Part shown: in pieces, positions 19,990 to 29,121 of the stretch | Numbering within the stretch: position 1 is the first letter of the stretch | Layout of the letters: every line of letters begins with the position of its first letter | NCBI GenBank assembly: GCA_963594995.1 | Contig: CAVBGK010000009.1 | Location: forward strand, 29,331 to 93,330 | Source: Bacteroidaceae bacterium | Lineage (GTDB): Bacteria > Bacteroidota > Bacteroidia > Bacteroidales > Bacteroidaceae | Reading direction: 5' to 3' | Length of the DNA stretch: 64,000 nucleotides | Made by a program: the position numbers and the translations under genes | Notes under the pieces: generated by a model | The model's input: the letters and a program-made list of their open reading frames with translations, nothing else | Databases searched by the model: none | What the model was told of the DNA's origin: nothing

Positions 19990-20103
19990 TGTATAATTAT
20001 AATGTATAATCAATAATGAGCAAATTGCTTGTTATTGATTGTACATCGTGCCAATAAGGGTGTATGCTTAATTATACATTATAAATTATTAATTATAAAT
20101 TAA
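19987..20103 (+). repeat. AT-rich nested-hairpin intergenic element
   Basis: Outer 13-bp inverted repeat 19987-19999/20069-20081 and inner 21-bp stem 20002-20046. Confidence 0.7.
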
Positions 20104-20109
20104 AGCGAA

Positions 20110-21108
20110 GTGTTCAACTGCGGAAAAATTGCTATTATTGGCGGCGGAAGCTGGGCTACGGCGATAGCCAAGATTGTGGTGGGTCACACTCACCACATTG
20201 GCTGGTATATGCGTCGCGACGACCGCATCGAGGACTTCAAGCGCATGGGGCACAACCCAGCCTACCTGACGTCCGCACGTTTTGACGTCAGCGAGATTTT
20301 CTTCTCTTCCGACATCAACAAGATCGTGCAGAACTACGACACGCTCGTGTTCGTCACCCCGTCGCCCTATCTCAAAAACCATCTCAAGAAACTCAAGACA
20401 CGCATCAGCAACAAGTTTATCATCACGGCCATCAAAGGCATCGTTCCCGATGAGAACTTGGTTTGTTCAGAGTATTTCCATCAAGTGTATGATGTGCCTT
20501 ACGAGAATCTGGCTTGCATCGGAGGTCCATCTCATGCAGAAGAAGTTGCCCTGGAGCGTCTGAGCTATCTCACCGTAGGATGCGCAGATACGGAAAAGGC
20601 ACGATCTTTCGCAGAAGAATGCCTATCGAGCGAATACATCAAGACAAAGACCTCGAGCGATGTCATTGGTATCGAATACTCGTCGGTTTTAAAAAATGTC
20701 TATGCCATAGCCGCCGGCATCTGTGGAGGTTTGAAGTATGGCGACAACTTTCAGGCGGTGCTCATGTCGAACGCCGTGCAGGAGATGTACCGCTTTCTCA
20801 CAGCCGTCCACCCCATCGAGCGCTGTATGTATGATTCGGTATATCTAGGCGACTTGCTTGTGACGGGGTACAGTAACTTCTCACGTAACCGCACATTCGG
20901 TACGATGATAGGCAAGGGCTATAGCGTGAAGAGTGCGCAGATAGAGATGGAGATGATAGCAGAGGGATATTTCGGCACGAAGTGCATGAAGGAAATCAAC
21001 CGGCACATGCACGTCAACATGCCCATCCTCGATGCTATATATAATATATTGTACGAGCGCATCAGTCCGCAAATAGAGATTAAACTATTAACAGATTCAT
21101 TTAGATAA
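20110..21108 (+). CDS. gpsA: NAD(P)H-dependent glycerol-3-phosphate dehydrogenase
   Basis: [42 protein letters not shown] start. Confidence 0.95.
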   Translation: MFNCGKIAIIGGGSWATAIAKIVVGHTHHIGWYMRRDDRIEDFKRMGHNPAYLTSARFDVSEIFFSSDINKIVQNYDTLVFVTPSPYLKNHLKKLKTRISNKFIITAIKGIVPDENLVCSEYFHQVYDVPYENLACIGGPSHAEEVALERLSYLTVGCADTEKARSFAEECLSSEYIKTKTSSDVIGIEYSSVLKNVYAIAAGICGGLKYGDNFQAVLMSNAVQEMYRFLTAVHPIERCMYDSVYLGDLLVTGYSNFSRNRTFGTMIGKGYSVKSAQIEMEMIAEGYFGTKCMKEINRHMHVNMPILDAIYNILYERISPQIEIKLLTDSFR

Positions 21109-21116
21109 GAAGAAAA

Positions 21117-22472
21117 ATGAAAAGTATCAGCTTAAACATTACTAAGGCTGCATCATTCCTCGCAGAGGGTGCAGTGAAGGCTTACGAGCCAAAGGTGAAG
21201 GCCGCTCAGGAGGCTCTTGAGAACGGCACTTGTGAAGGTAAAGACTTCTTGGGATGGCTTCACTTGCCATCTTCCATCACCCCTGAGTTCTTGGACGAGA
21301 TCCAGACCGTTGCCAACACATTGCGCAAAAAGTGCGAGGTGGTCGTAGTGGCAGGTATCGGTGGCAGCTACCTTGGTGCACGTGCCGTGATCGAAGGCCT
21401 CGGCAACTCTTTCGCTTGGCTCGTAAATGACAAAAAGAACCCAACCATCCTCTTCGCCGGCAACAATATCGGTGAGGATTATCTCTATGAGTTGGCAGCT
21501 TACTTGAAGGACAAGAAGTTTGGTGTCATCAATATCTCCAAATCTGGTACCACCACAGAGACCGCTCTTGCTTTCCGTCTCTTGAAGAAGCAGTGCGAAG
21601 ACCAGCGTGGCAAGGAAGAGGCCAAGGACGTGATTGTGGCCGTGACCGATGCCAAGAAGGGTGCTGCCCGCACTTGCGCAGACAAGGAGGGTTACAAGAG
21701 CTTCATCATCCCAGACAACGTGGGTGGTCGTTTCTCCGTGTTGACTCCAGTAGGTTTGTTGCCTATCGCAGTTGCTGGATTCGATGTTAAGCAACTTGTT
21801 GCTGGTGCGGCAGAGATGGAGAAGGCTTGCGGCAAGGACGTAGCTTTCGACGAGAACCCTGCTGCCATCTATGCAGCTACCCGTCAGGCTCTCTATACTC
21901 AGGCAGGCAAGAAGATTGAGATTGTCTGCAACTTCCAGCCTAAACTTCACTACTTCGCTGAGTGGTGGAAGCAGCTCTACGGTGAGAGCGAGGGTAAAGA
22001 CCAGAAGGGTATCTTCCCAGCAGCTTGCGACTTCACTACCGACCTTCACTCCATGGGCCAGTGGATTCAGGAGGGCGAGCGCAGCATCTTCGAGACTGTC
22101 ATCAGCGTAGAGACTCCTAACGAGAAGTTGCTCTTCCCTCATGATGACGAGAACCTTGACGGCTTGAACTTCTTGGAGGGCAAGCGTGTTGATGAGGTCA
22201 ACAAGATGGCAGAGCTTGGTACTCGTTTGGCACACGTGGACGGTGGTGTACCCAACATCCTGGTCAGCGTACCCGAGTTGAACGCTTACTACCTCGGTCA
22301 GCTCATCTACTTCTTCGAGAAGGCTTGCGGTATCAGCGGTCTCTTGGAAGAGGTGAACCCATTCAACCAACCAGGTGTTGAGGCTTACAAGAAGAACATG
22401 TTCGCATTGCTCAACAAGCCAGGTTATGAGGCAGAGAGCAAGGCTATCCAGGAAAGACTCAAGAATGAATAA
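21117..22472 (+). CDS. pgi: Glucose-6-phosphate isomerase
   Basis: [45 protein letters not shown]. Confidence 0.97.
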   Translation: MKSISLNITKAASFLAEGAVKAYEPKVKAAQEALENGTCEGKDFLGWLHLPSSITPEFLDEIQTVANTLRKKCEVVVVAGIGGSYLGARAVIEGLGNSFAWLVNDKKNPTILFAGNNIGEDYLYELAAYLKDKKFGVINISKSGTTTETALAFRLLKKQCEDQRGKEEAKDVIVAVTDAKKGAARTCADKEGYKSFIIPDNVGGRFSVLTPVGLLPIAVAGFDVKQLVAGAAEMEKACGKDVAFDENPAAIYAATRQALYTQAGKKIEIVCNFQPKLHYFAEWWKQLYGESEGKDQKGIFPAACDFTTDLHSMGQWIQEGERSIFETVISVETPNEKLLFPHDDENLDGLNFLEGKRVDEVNKMAELGTRLAHVDGGVPNILVSVPELNAYYLGQLIYFFEKACGISGLLEEVNPFNQPGVEAYKKNMFALLNKPGYEAESKAIQERLKNE

Positions 22473-22487
22473 TAAAATATAAATATT

Positions 22488-22539
22488 GGATGTTGGAAAA
22501 ATAAAATTAATAGCATTAAATTTTACTTCTCCAACATCC
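22488..22539. terminator. 21-bp imperfect inverted repeat after pgi
   Basis: GGATGTTGGAAAAATAAAATT...AATTTTACTTCTCCAACATCC, two mismatches. Confidence 0.55.
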
Positions 22540-22561
22540 TAAAACTATAAAGATTAGAACT

Positions 22562-23142
22562 ATGAAATTATCAAAGATTTTAGGAATCGCATTACTTGGA
22601 CTTGTTTGTGGCTGTTCCGACTCTGAATTAACAGACAATTCCAGCTTCAGAAGATACTACCCCATCAATTGAATATTTACTTAAAACTGATCAAGATAAG
22701 TATCAAGATTGGCAAAATAGCTCATTAAAAGCAAGCACTCGTGCAACCCTTACAGATTTCACTGTTTACGGATATACATCTCAAACATCTACAGGGAACC
22801 AAAGTCGCATGTAGCAAAAAATTAGCTTCGCTTATGCATATTTATAGTCAAATATACATATCAGAGATTATTACTGCCAATTATGTACTTACCATTGATG
22901 GTCTCAGCACAAAAGTAAATCGATTCCCAGCAGATGATTCTCCAAATTGTGGTTTATTTCCTGGTTATACAAGTGACACATTAGGAGACAGAGGCTACTC
23001 CTCTATGCAAAAAGGGAATACTGTTACCATGACGACCAAACTCATACACATCATTTCAGACTTTCAAGGTGTTAGTTATGACAGATGGTATCCTTGTAAA
23101 CCTGAAGATTTAGAATGGAATTATAATGTCTTTAGTAAATAG
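22562..23142 (+). pseudogene. Lipoprotein gene broken by two frameshifts
   Basis: Frame A 22562-22672 has the lipobox MKLSKILGIALLGLVCG-C; frame B ~22638-22814 continues ...LKASTRATLTDFTVYGY...; frame C runs to 23142 ...WYPCKPEDLEWNYNVFSK. Confidence 0.7.
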
Positions 23143-23147
23143 TAATT

Positions 23148-23771
23148 ATGTTCTATAGAAACCTTTCATTTTTAGCATTGCCCTTCTGTACTCTTTGCAC
23201 ATTTGGACAAAGCTATAAAGTTGGAGTCGATTGTGGCTTATCTATTTCAAAGCCTAAAGATGAGAGTTCATTAGTTGGTTACCATATAGGAGTCCATACA
23301 GAAAAAGATTTTTCCTTAAACAACACCTTTTTCTTAGGCGCAACTCTCAGTTTGACTTCCAAAGGTTGGAGACATAAATTATATTCCTTAGAAGACGAAA
23401 AAGCCACATACAAACAGAAGTGTAGACTTTATTATTTAGAATTACCATTAGATTGCGGATATAAATTTGTCATCAATAAACAATGCAAATTTCTCATAGC
23501 TTTTGGTCCTTACTTCGGAATTGGACTTTTTGGAAAGAATAAAATTACAAACTACCCCGAAACTCTCCCAGATGAAGGAGACCCATTCAAATTGAAAACA
23601 TATAAACGTTTTGATTGGGGCGGACATTTTGGTAGTGGAATTGAAATAAATAGTCATTATCAAATCACAGTAAAGTATAGTTTCAGCATGGAAAAGCCAA
23701 CAACAGGAAAATGGAATGCTCTCAATCCCAAAGACAGAACAACAAACTTTTCTTGCACTTACTTATTTTAG
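23148..23771 (+). CDS. Porin-family (8-stranded, OMP_b-brl_2/PorT-like) outer membrane protein
   Basis: YLELPL...GYKF, GPYFGIGLFG, RFDWG, terminal TYLF BAM signal. Confidence 0.82.
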   Translation: MFYRNLSFLALPFCTLCTFGQSYKVGVDCGLSISKPKDESSLVGYHIGVHTEKDFSLNNTFFLGATLSLTSKGWRHKLYSLEDEKATYKQKCRLYYLELPLDCGYKFVINKQCKFLIAFGPYFGIGLFGKNKITNYPETLPDEGDPFKLKTYKRFDWGGHFGSGIEINSHYQITVKYSFSMEKPTTGKWNALNPKDRTTNFSCTYLF

Positions 23772-23782
23772 GAATATTCGCT

Positions 23783-24526
23783 ATGTATCAAACTATTAAT
23801 CAATACTTAAAAGATCACAGCTTTGAGAAATTCAACCCCAAAGCAGTTCTTTTCGATATGGACGGCGTACTGTATGACAGTATGCCCAACCATGCCATCG
23901 CTTGGCAGGAGTCAATGAAGCAATTCGACATCCACATGACCGCCGCCGACGCTTACGCCACAGAGGGTGCCCGTGGCATCGACACCATCCAAATGATGGT
24001 GAAAAAGCAGAAAGGCAAAGACATCTCGCTCGAAGAGGCTCAGAAGATGTATGACGTAAAGACTGAGATTTTCCACTCCATGCCCATAGCCAAGATATTC
24101 CCGGGCGTGAAAGAAATCATGCGGAAAATCAAAGGTGCAGGTATGCAGATTGGAGTCGTGACAGGCAGTGGACAACGCCCGCTCATCCTCCGCTTGCTTG
24201 ATGACTTCGGCAACTTCCTCGACGAATCGCATATCGTGACAGCATACGACGTGAAACGTGGTAAGCCTTACCCAGACCCTTATCTCATGGGGTTACAGAA
24301 GGTCGGCAATCTAAAGCCTTGGGAAGGAATCGTAGTGGAGAACGCCCCATTGGGTGTGCTTGCCGGAATAGCCGCCAACATATTTACCGTGGCTATCAAC
24401 AGCGGTCCACTCCCCGACGATGCTCTGTCAGACAAGGGATGCAACTTGCTCTATCACAAGTTGACAGAGTTTACCAATGACTTCGACAAGCTCACCGAAC
24501 CAGTAATAAAGCCAAGCAAAGGATAA
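23783..24526 (+). CDS. HAD-superfamily phosphatase (beta-phosphoglucomutase-like)
   Basis: FDMDGVLYDS, VTGS, KPYPDPY, VENAPLG; start moved to the ATG at 23783. Confidence 0.9.
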   Translation: MYQTINQYLKDHSFEKFNPKAVLFDMDGVLYDSMPNHAIAWQESMKQFDIHMTAADAYATEGARGIDTIQMMVKKQKGKDISLEEAQKMYDVKTEIFHSMPIAKIFPGVKEIMRKIKGAGMQIGVVTGSGQRPLILRLLDDFGNFLDESHIVTAYDVKRGKPYPDPYLMGLQKVGNLKPWEGIVVENAPLGVLAGIAANIFTVAINSGPLPDDALSDKGCNLLYHKLTEFTNDFDKLTEPVIKPSKG

Positions 24527-24549
24527 ACCAATTCCTTGCTTGGCTTTTT
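24509..24549 (+). terminator. Intrinsic terminator of the HAD gene
   Basis: AAGCCAAGCAA...TTGCTTGGCTT followed by a T run. Confidence 0.7.
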
Positions 24550-24643
24550 ATTATTATCAAAATCAGGAAAAGTCACTATGGTTATTTCGCACACTCCGAC
24601 AAGGGCTGCATCCAACAGGAACACGCTGATAAAAAATGACATC

Positions 24644-24686
24644 CCCCTGCAAGAAAGGCTCAACATCAAACCAACACTTGCAGGGG
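24644..24686 (-). terminator. Probable terminator of amtB
   Basis: CCCCTGCAAG...CTTGCAGGGG inverted repeat, with a minus-strand T run a few bases downstream. Confidence 0.5.
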
Positions 24687-24725
24687 AATTTACATTTTAA
24701 ATCCTTGTAATATAAAGAAATCGGA

Positions 24726-25994
24726 TTAGTTGCTATAAGCACTCTCACCATGCTCGTAAATATCGAGACCTTCCTCCTCTACACGCTTGTCAACACGGAT
24801 GCCAACCAACTTGTCAACGACCTTGAACAGGACAAAGGTTACAACTGCACTGAATACAATGCTCACCACCGTGGCAACGATTTGTACCCAAAGCTGATGC
24901 CAATCACCATAAAGCGCACCTTGCACACCATCGGCTCCAGTAACATATCTTGTGGCAAAAACACCTGTGAGGATAGAACCAAGAATACCACCGATGCCAT
25001 GCACGCCAAAGGCATCTAAAGCATCATCATAACGGAACTTCGCCTTTACCACTGCTACCATGAAGAAACAGATGCAAGTGGAAAGGATACCTATCAAGAA
25101 CGCTCCTAATATGTCAGTAGAACCTGCAGCTGGAGTAATGGCTACGAGACCAGCAACAGCACCCGTACATGCACCAATCGTGGTCGGCTTCTTGTTGACC
25201 ACCCAGTCGATAATCATCCAGGTCGTGGCAGCCGCAGCCGTCGCCACGTGAGTAACCATAAAGGCATTGGCTGCCAAGCCATCAGCGGCAAGACCACTAC
25301 CGGCATTGAAACCGAACCATCCCAACCAAAGGAATGACATACCCATGAAGACAAAGGTGATGTTGTGTGGGGTTATAGGATGACCCGCACGGTAATCCTC
25401 ACGCTTTCCAACCATCAATGCCATCACCAAGGCTGCAACACCTGCATTGATGTGTACCACTGTACCGCCAGCGAAGTCGATGGCACCCATCTCCTGCAGG
25501 AACCCTCCGCCCCATACCCAGTGTGCCATGGGCAGGTATGCAATGACGAGCCAAAGAACTATAAAGAGTACATAACCGCTAAACTTGACGCGCTCGGCAA
25601 ATGCACCGAGAATCAATGCAGGTGTAATGAGGGCAAACATACACTGGAACATCACGAAGGTTAACTCCGGAATACCCGTAGGCAAAATAGCGTCAAGTCC
25701 TATTCCATGAAGGAAACACTTATCAAAACCTCCTATGATACAAGCCAACGGATTGCCACTGTCGGCAAACTGTGTAGAGAAGGCCCATGAATAACCGAAC
25801 GCTACCCAAATAAGGCTCACTACTGCCACGATGAAAGTAGTTTGCATCAAAATGCTGAGAATGTTCTTCTGGCGAACTAAACCACCATAGAAAAGTGCTA
25901 TACCTGGGATTGACATCAAGAGCACCAAGATGGTGGCAGTGATCATCCACGCTGTGTTACCTGTATCAAGTGTTGTCAAAAATAAACTGCTCAT
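24726..25994 (-). CDS. amtB: Ammonium transporter
   Basis: FQCMFALIT, HWVWGGG, DFAGGTVVH, LWLGWFGFNAGS, DDALDAFGVHG, GLDIYEHGE. Confidence 0.96.
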   Translation of the reverse strand: MSSLFLTTLDTGNTAWMITATILVLLMSIPGIALFYGGLVRQKNILSILMQTTFIVAVVSLIWVAFGYSWAFSTQFADSGNPLACIIGGFDKCFLHGIGLDAILPTGIPELTFVMFQCMFALITPALILGAFAERVKFSGYVLFIVLWLVIAYLPMAHWVWGGGFLQEMGAIDFAGGTVVHINAGVAALVMALMVGKREDYRAGHPITPHNITFVFMGMSFLWLGWFGFNAGSGLAADGLAANAFMVTHVATAAAATTWMIIDWVVNKKPTTIGACTGAVAGLVAITPAAGSTDILGAFLIGILSTCICFFMVAVVKAKFRYDDALDAFGVHGIGGILGSILTGVFATRYVTGADGVQGALYGDWHQLWVQIVATVVSIVFSAVVTFVLFKVVDKLVGIRVDKRVEEEGLDIYEHGESAYSN

Positions 25995-26083
25995 ATCTTT
26001 ATACCTTAATTAACTGAATAGTGAAATGTGAAGAACAAAGAATTCAACACTTACCTTTCAGAATTTCACATTTAAAATTTTAG

Positions 26084-26440
26084 TTATTTCTCTTGCTCTG
26101 CGTTATACAATGCGATGTCACCTCTCTCGCCGGTTCGAATGCGCACTGTGTCAAGCACTGGGATGACAAAGATTCTACCATCACCAATCTCTCCGGTTTG
26201 AGCCGCCCCCTGTATGGCTGCAATGGTAGGCTCAACGTTCTTGTCTCGCACGACAATATTGAGCAAAACACGCTCAATACTACTTGTATCGTACATCACA
26301 CCACGATAGATACGCGCTTGACGCATTTTACCTTCTCCTCTAACATTATAATACGAGAACCACTCGATGTCGGCGGCCAAAAGCGCCTTCTTGACATCCT
26401 CAAACTTAGATTTGCGAATAATCGCTTCGATTTTCTTCAT
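26084..26440 (-). CDS. glnK: P-II nitrogen regulatory protein
   Basis: MKKIEAIIR, YRGVMY, TGEIGDGRIFV, RIRTGE; directly upstream of amtB. Confidence 0.92.
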   Translation of the reverse strand: MKKIEAIIRKSKFEDVKKALLAADIEWFSYYNVRGEGKMRQARIYRGVMYDTSSIERVLLNIVVRDKNVEPTIAAIQGAAQTGEIGDGRIFVIPVLDTVRIRTGERGDIALYNAEQEK

Positions 26441-26550
26441 AAATCTTACGTTTTTTGTTAATACCTTTATTGATTGCTTTTTAAATACCTAATTATATAT
26501 TTTAGAATATCGTATCGCATATAAAATATCATTTTGCCAAATTTCGGGTG

Positions 26551-26767
26551 CAAAGTTAATACATTTTGTCATCAAAAACAATATTTCACAAGCACAAAGA
26601 CAGTTGCAATTTCTTTAAATTGTTATTTTATCACATAACGCACAATATACACTTACAATTTGAAAGGCACAACAAGCACAGTGCTTACAGTTTGAAAGCT
26701 AATAAAAAATAATAGATAAATACAGAATTACTTTTCTTGGATATTTCAACAAAACGTCGTACCTTTG
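26551..26767. promoter_or_regulatory. Divergent promoters (TAACTTTG minus 26551-26558; TACCTTTG plus 26760-26767) with a central 15-bp direct repeat
   Basis: CTTACAATTTGAAAG at 26652 and CTTACAGTTTGAAAG at 26684. Confidence 0.7.
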
Positions 26768-26784
26768 CAAACGAAATAAAACAA

Positions 26785-26865
26785 TTCGTCATCATACGAC
26801 ACCGAAGAGCGACAAAAAGTCAACTCTAAAGAATGTCAAGGAATGATAATAGCAACTCGCATGAA
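26785..26865 (+). ncRNA. Candidate structured cis-regulatory leader of dapF-dapL-glnA
   Basis: Nested helices ATCAT/ATGAT, GACA/TGTC, AGAG/CTCT, GAC/GTC between the promoter and the ATG. Confidence 0.5.
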
Positions 26866-26896
26866 GATATAGTCAAACTTAAAAAAACAACGCAAT

Positions 26897-27778
26897 ATGA
26901 AAGAAACAGTTCATTTCACAAAAATGCATGGGGCTGGCAATGACTACATTTACGTAGATACAACTTTATATGACATTCCAGACCCGGAAAAGGCAGCAAT
27001 CCAATGGAGTGCTTACCACACTGGCATAGGAAGCGATGGACTGGTTCTCATAGGCAAGCCGCAAGACGGCAGAAGGGCAGACTATTCGATGCGCATCTTC
27101 AATGCAGACGGTTCGGAAGCCATGATGTGCGGCAACGCTAGCCGTTGCATCGGCAAATATCTGTATGAAAAAGGGCTGACCAGAAAGGATACCATTCGAT
27201 TGGAAACCTTATCGGGCATCAAAATACTGAAATTAAATATTGAGGAAGATACAAAAAAAGTTGAGTCGGTTACGGTTGACATGCTTCCACCAAAACTTGA
27301 AAACGAAGAGCAGTTCGCTCCAAATCAAGAAAGCATAAAGACTGTCGGAGAGGATAACAAAATTGCAACGCTTGAAGCTGACGGAAGACTGTTTGATGGC
27401 ACTTTCGTCTGTATGGGGAATCCACACTTCGTGACTTTTGTGGATGACATCGACACTATCGACATTGCCCACTACGGAAAAATTCTTGAGAGAGACAAGG
27501 CATTTCCTCAACGCTGTAACATCGAGTTCGCACAGATAACGAATTCAAATGTCATTAGGACAAGAGTTTGGGAAAGAGGAAGCGGCATCACCATGGCGTG
27601 TGGCACAGGAGCGTGCGCTACAGCAGTTGCAGCCGCCGTCACCCAACGGGCGAGCAGAGAAAGTGACATCGTCATGGATGGCGGCACACTTCACATCGAA
27701 TACAGAGAGGATGATGGGCATGTACATATGACAGGTCCTGCTGCTTTTGCTTTCGAGGGAGAAATTGATTTACCATAA
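26897..27778 (+). CDS. dapF: Diaminopimelate epimerase
   Basis: [44 protein letters not shown]. Confidence 0.96.
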   Translation: MKETVHFTKMHGAGNDYIYVDTTLYDIPDPEKAAIQWSAYHTGIGSDGLVLIGKPQDGRRADYSMRIFNADGSEAMMCGNASRCIGKYLYEKGLTRKDTIRLETLSGIKILKLNIEEDTKKVESVTVDMLPPKLENEEQFAPNQESIKTVGEDNKIATLEADGRLFDGTFVCMGNPHFVTFVDDIDTIDIAHYGKILERDKAFPQRCNIEFAQITNSNVIRTRVWERGSGITMACGTGACATAVAAAVTQRASRESDIVMDGGTLHIEYREDDGHVHMTGPAAFAFEGEIDLP

Positions 27779-27826
27779 TAAATAATGAGCAAACTTAAAC
27801 ATAATTAATAAAGGAGAAAAAACAAT

Positions 27827-29059
27827 ATGGCATTAGTAAATGAACATTTCTTGAAGTTGGCCAGCAACTATTTGTTTGCTGACATCGCAAAGAAGGTGAA
27901 CGCATACAAGATTGCGCACCCTAAGCAGAGAGTCATCAGCTTAGGTATCGGCGATGTGACACAACCTCTCTGTCCCGCTGTCATCGAGGCGATGCACAAG
28001 GCTGTGGACGAGATGGCAGTCCAATCTTCGTTTCGTGGCTATGGTCCAGAAAGAGGCTACGACTTCCTCCGCGAGGCCATCATCAAGAACGATTTCTTGC
28101 CACGTGGCATCCACCTCGACCCCAACGAGGTTTTCGTGAACGATGGAGCCAAGAGTGACACTGGAAATATTCAGGAAATTCTGAGATGGGACAACACTAT
28201 CGGTGTCACCGACCCGATTTACCCAGTATATATCGACTCCAATGTGATGATAGGAAGAGCAGGAGTCTTCGAGAACGGAAGTTGGACTAACGTGACCTAT
28301 ATGCCATGTGACGAAGGCAATGGATTTACACCGCAGATTCCCGACCACCGTGTTGACATGATTTACCTCTGCTACCCCAACAACCCTACGGGTACAGTCA
28401 TCACCAAGGAAGAACTTCGCAAATGGGTCAACTATGCTATCAAGAACGAGAGCATCATCCTCTATGATGCCGCCTACGAGGCATATATCACCGACCCAGA
28501 GATTCCCCACAGTATCTACGAAATTCGTGGAGCCAGAAAGGTAGCAATAGAATTCCACAGTTACTCGAAGACTGCAGGATTCACGGGTGTACGCTGCGGT
28601 TACACCATCGTACCAAAGGAACTGAAGGCTAAGACGCTGACTGGTGAAGAGGTGGCATTGAACCCTATTTGGGATCGCCGCCAATGCACCAAGTTCAATG
28701 GAACGAGCTACATCTCCCAACGGGCAGCAGAGGCCATCTACACACCTGAGGGCAAGGAACAAGTGAGAGCCACAATCAATTATTATATGGAGAATGCCCA
28801 CTTCATGCGAGCTGAGTTGCAGAAACTCGGACTTCGGGTCTATGGCGGCGAGAACGCCCCTTACCTTTGGGTTAAGACTCCGAACGACACCCCTAGTTGG
28901 AAGTTCTTCGAGGAGATGCTTTATGGTGCTAGCGTGGTTTGTACGCCGGGCGTAGGTTTCGGTCCTTCGGGCGAAGGCTATATCCGACTCACTGCCTTCG
29001 GAGAACACGAAGACTGCAAGGAGGCCATGGAGCGCATCGCAAAGTGGCTGGGAAAATGA
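27827..29059 (+). CDS. dapL: LL-diaminopimelate aminotransferase
   Basis: YLFADIA, LGIGDVTQPL, DGAKSD, CYPNNPTG, SYSKTAGFTGVRCG, TPGVGFG. Confidence 0.96.
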   Translation: MALVNEHFLKLASNYLFADIAKKVNAYKIAHPKQRVISLGIGDVTQPLCPAVIEAMHKAVDEMAVQSSFRGYGPERGYDFLREAIIKNDFLPRGIHLDPNEVFVNDGAKSDTGNIQEILRWDNTIGVTDPIYPVYIDSNVMIGRAGVFENGSWTNVTYMPCDEGNGFTPQIPDHRVDMIYLCYPNNPTGTVITKEELRKWVNYAIKNESIILYDAAYEAYITDPEIPHSIYEIRGARKVAIEFHSYSKTAGFTGVRCGYTIVPKELKAKTLTGEEVALNPIWDRRQCTKFNGTSYISQRAAEAIYTPEGKEQVRATINYYMENAHFMRAELQKLGLRVYGGENAPYLWVKTPNDTPSWKFFEEMLYGASVVCTPGVGFGPSGEGYIRLTAFGEHEDCKEAMERIAKWLGK

Positions 29060-29121
29060 TGAAAATATTGAACATCAATAGAACATTTTACATTGAACAT
29101 TTAACATTAAAAATATTAAGT

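Noticed and set aside
21153..22370. Long antisense ORFs (405 aa opposite pgi; similar ones opposite lysS, dapL, GH28-GH105, GT4, GH133, trpA)
   Set aside because: They mirror well-identified genes codon for codon, which is expected from codon bias, and they show no protein motifs
26652..26698. Repeat ending in TTGAAAG, resembling a CRISPR repeat end
   Set aside because: Only two 15-bp copies with a 17-nt gap and no cas genes; treated as a regulatory repeat instead
28939..29121. N-terminal extensions from the ORF track (GSIII, aroB, HAD, trpE, GT4, GH28-GH105)
   Set aside because: They overlap upstream genes or promoters; downstream ATGs match the family N-termini
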